33,257 nucleotides of DNA, from IMG/VR virus record IMGVR_UViG_3300031944_000028, positions 1-33,257 of that record. One strand, given 5' to 3'. The translations under genes and the position numbers were made by a program. This stretch comes from a virus (Duplodnaviria > Caudoviricetes). Positions 32,077 to 33,257 of this stretch are shown in pieces. How positions within the stretch are numbered: position 1 is the first letter of the stretch; every line of letters starts with the position of its first letter. The notes under the pieces are model-generated. The model worked only from the letters and a program-made list of their open reading frames with translations. It did no database searches and was not told the origin of the DNA.

Positions 32077-33257
32077 GCATGACCCCCGCGGAAGCCCGCG
32101 CCGAGCTGAAGTCCCTCTACACCCAGGCCGACGAGATCGAGCAGAAGTACCCCGAGGGCGACATCACCAACGGGGAGGACAAGGCCGAGGTCGTCCGCCT
32201 GCTCGGCGAGATCGACGGCCTCGAGAAGCGGCTGAACGCCCTGGAAGAGGGCGAGAAGCGCCGCTACCGCATTCAGCAGGGCAAAGACCTCTACAGCCGC
32301 CCGGCGACGCGCCCCGACCGGGGCGCCCCCGGGTCCGACTGGAACGGCGGCGGCGGCGGCGTCCTGCTGCCGGGCGACCAGTTCATCCAGTCCGAGGCGT
32401 ACCGGCAGCACAAGGAGCACGGGCTCTTCAACAACCAGCAGGCCCGCATCGAGTTCACCGTCCCCCTGGTGGAGGGCAGCGACCTCTTCGGCTGGAGCAA
32501 GCGGGCCCGGGCGGGCGAGACGAAGGCCCTGGTGTACTCCGGCAGCGCCGTGGGCGGCGCCCTGGTGGCGAACTACGTCCGCCCGGAGGTCGTGGGCATC
32601 AACCAGCGCCCGCTGGTGGTGACCGACCTGCTGCCCCACATCCAGACCGGCAGCGACACGGTCGAGTACATCACGGAGACGGTGTGGACGAACAACGCCG
32701 CCCCCGTGGCGGAGGCGACGGCCACCACCGGGGCGAGCGGCCTCAAGCCCGAGAGCGTGCTCAACTTCGCCACCAACACGGCGCTGGTGCGCACCATCGC
32801 GCACTGGGTGCCGGCCACCAACCGCATGCTGGCGGATGCCCCCCAGGTGCGGGGCTACATCAACACCCGGTTGCTCGGCGGGCTCGACCAGAAGCTGGAA
32901 GACCAGATCATCAACGGGGACGGCACGGGCGAGAACCTGCTCGGCATCCTCAGCACCCCCGGCATCCAGACCACGGCCGCGGGCGCCTCGGTGCTGGACG
33001 CCATCTGGACGGCGCGCACCCTGATCCGCACCAACGCGCTCGCCATGCCCAACGCGGTGCTCGTGAACCCCACCAACTTCTCGGCGATCCGGCTGGCCCG
33101 GGAGAACACCGCCAGCGCGACGCTGGGTAACTACCTGATGGGCCCGCCCTCGACCGTGGGCGAGGTCACCGTCTGGGGCCTGCGGGTGGTGGAGAGCCTC
33201 TACGTCCCGGCCGGCACCATCGTCGTCGGCGACTTCGACAGCGCGTCCACCCTCTAC
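32073..33257 (+). CDS. Major capsid protein, HK97 fold (3'-truncated)
   Basis: Coiled-coil delta domain, then VEYITE, AAPVAE...KPES, TIAHW, MLADAPQV..YIN.RL, EDQIINGDGTGENLLGIL. Open to the window end. Confidence 0.93.
   Translation, partial: MSMTPAEARAELKSLYTQADEIEQKYPEGDITNGEDKAEVVRLLGEIDGLEKRLNALEEGEKRRYRIQQGKDLYSRPATRPDRGAPGSDWNGGGGGVLLPGDQFIQSEAYRQHKEHGLFNNQQARIEFTVPLVEGSDLFGWSKRARAGETKALVYSGSAVGGALVANYVRPEVVGINQRPLVVTDLLPHIQTGSDTVEYITETVWTNNAAPVAEATATTGASGLKPESVLNFATNTALVRTIAHWVPATNRMLADAPQVRGYINTRLLGGLDQKLEDQIINGDGTGENLLGILSTPGIQTTAAGASVLDAIWTARTLIRTNALAMPNAVLVNPTNFSAIRLARENTASATLGNYLMGPPSTVGEVTVWGLRVVESLYVPAGTIVVGDFDSASTLY

Larger units (their letters stand above)
1..33257. mobile_element. 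Temperate tailed phage genome (siphovirus-like), near-complete, circularly permuted
   Basis: Terminase, portal, protease, capsid, tail tube, TAC, tape measure, fibre, endolysin, integrase and repressor all present. The window ends inside the capsid gene and begins at a tail-completion-like gene. No host housekeeping genes. Confidence 0.95.

Noticed and set aside
1-33257. tRNA, rRNA or recognisable riboswitch genes
   Set aside because: None recognised by eye. Intergenic gaps are short and explained by promoters or hairpins. A covariance-model scan would be needed to exclude them.

Overview
Very GC-rich, almost complete, circularly permuted genome of a temperate long-tailed (siphovirus-like, HK97-fold) bacteriophage, with no host genes visible. 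The window opens at the end of a probable tail-completion gene. It continues through a glycosyltransferase/methyltransferase/glycosyltransferase cassette, tail tube, tail-assembly chaperone with a -1 slippery site, tape measure, tail-tip and fibre genes, and a lysis module (M23 endolysin plus small membrane proteins). Next come a leftward accessory operon (TGT/DpdA-like TIM-barrel protein + GNAT acetyltransferase, small proteins, Rad52/Sak-like annealing protein), an Arc-like regulator with a large serine integrase, an XRE repressor/Cro-like switch, a replication initiator with a candidate origin, a DNA methyltransferase + PD-(D/E)XK protein, and a secreted transglycosylase. The window ends with terminase, portal, MuF-like protein, another glycosyltransferase, a Com-like zinc finger, prohead protease and a truncated major capsid protein. 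The best leads are: (i) a GNAT + TGT-like pair that could be an undescribed nucleobase-modification system; (ii) three glycosyltransferases and a methyltransferase embedded in the virion operons (candidate virion glycosylation); (iii) a 14-bp inverted repeat flanking a divergent-promoter segment beside the integrase (candidate invertible switch); (iv) a Com-like protein upstream of an RBS-sequestering hairpin; (v) a repeated start-associated motif in the accessory operon. All product calls are from motif recognition by eye; no database search was run.
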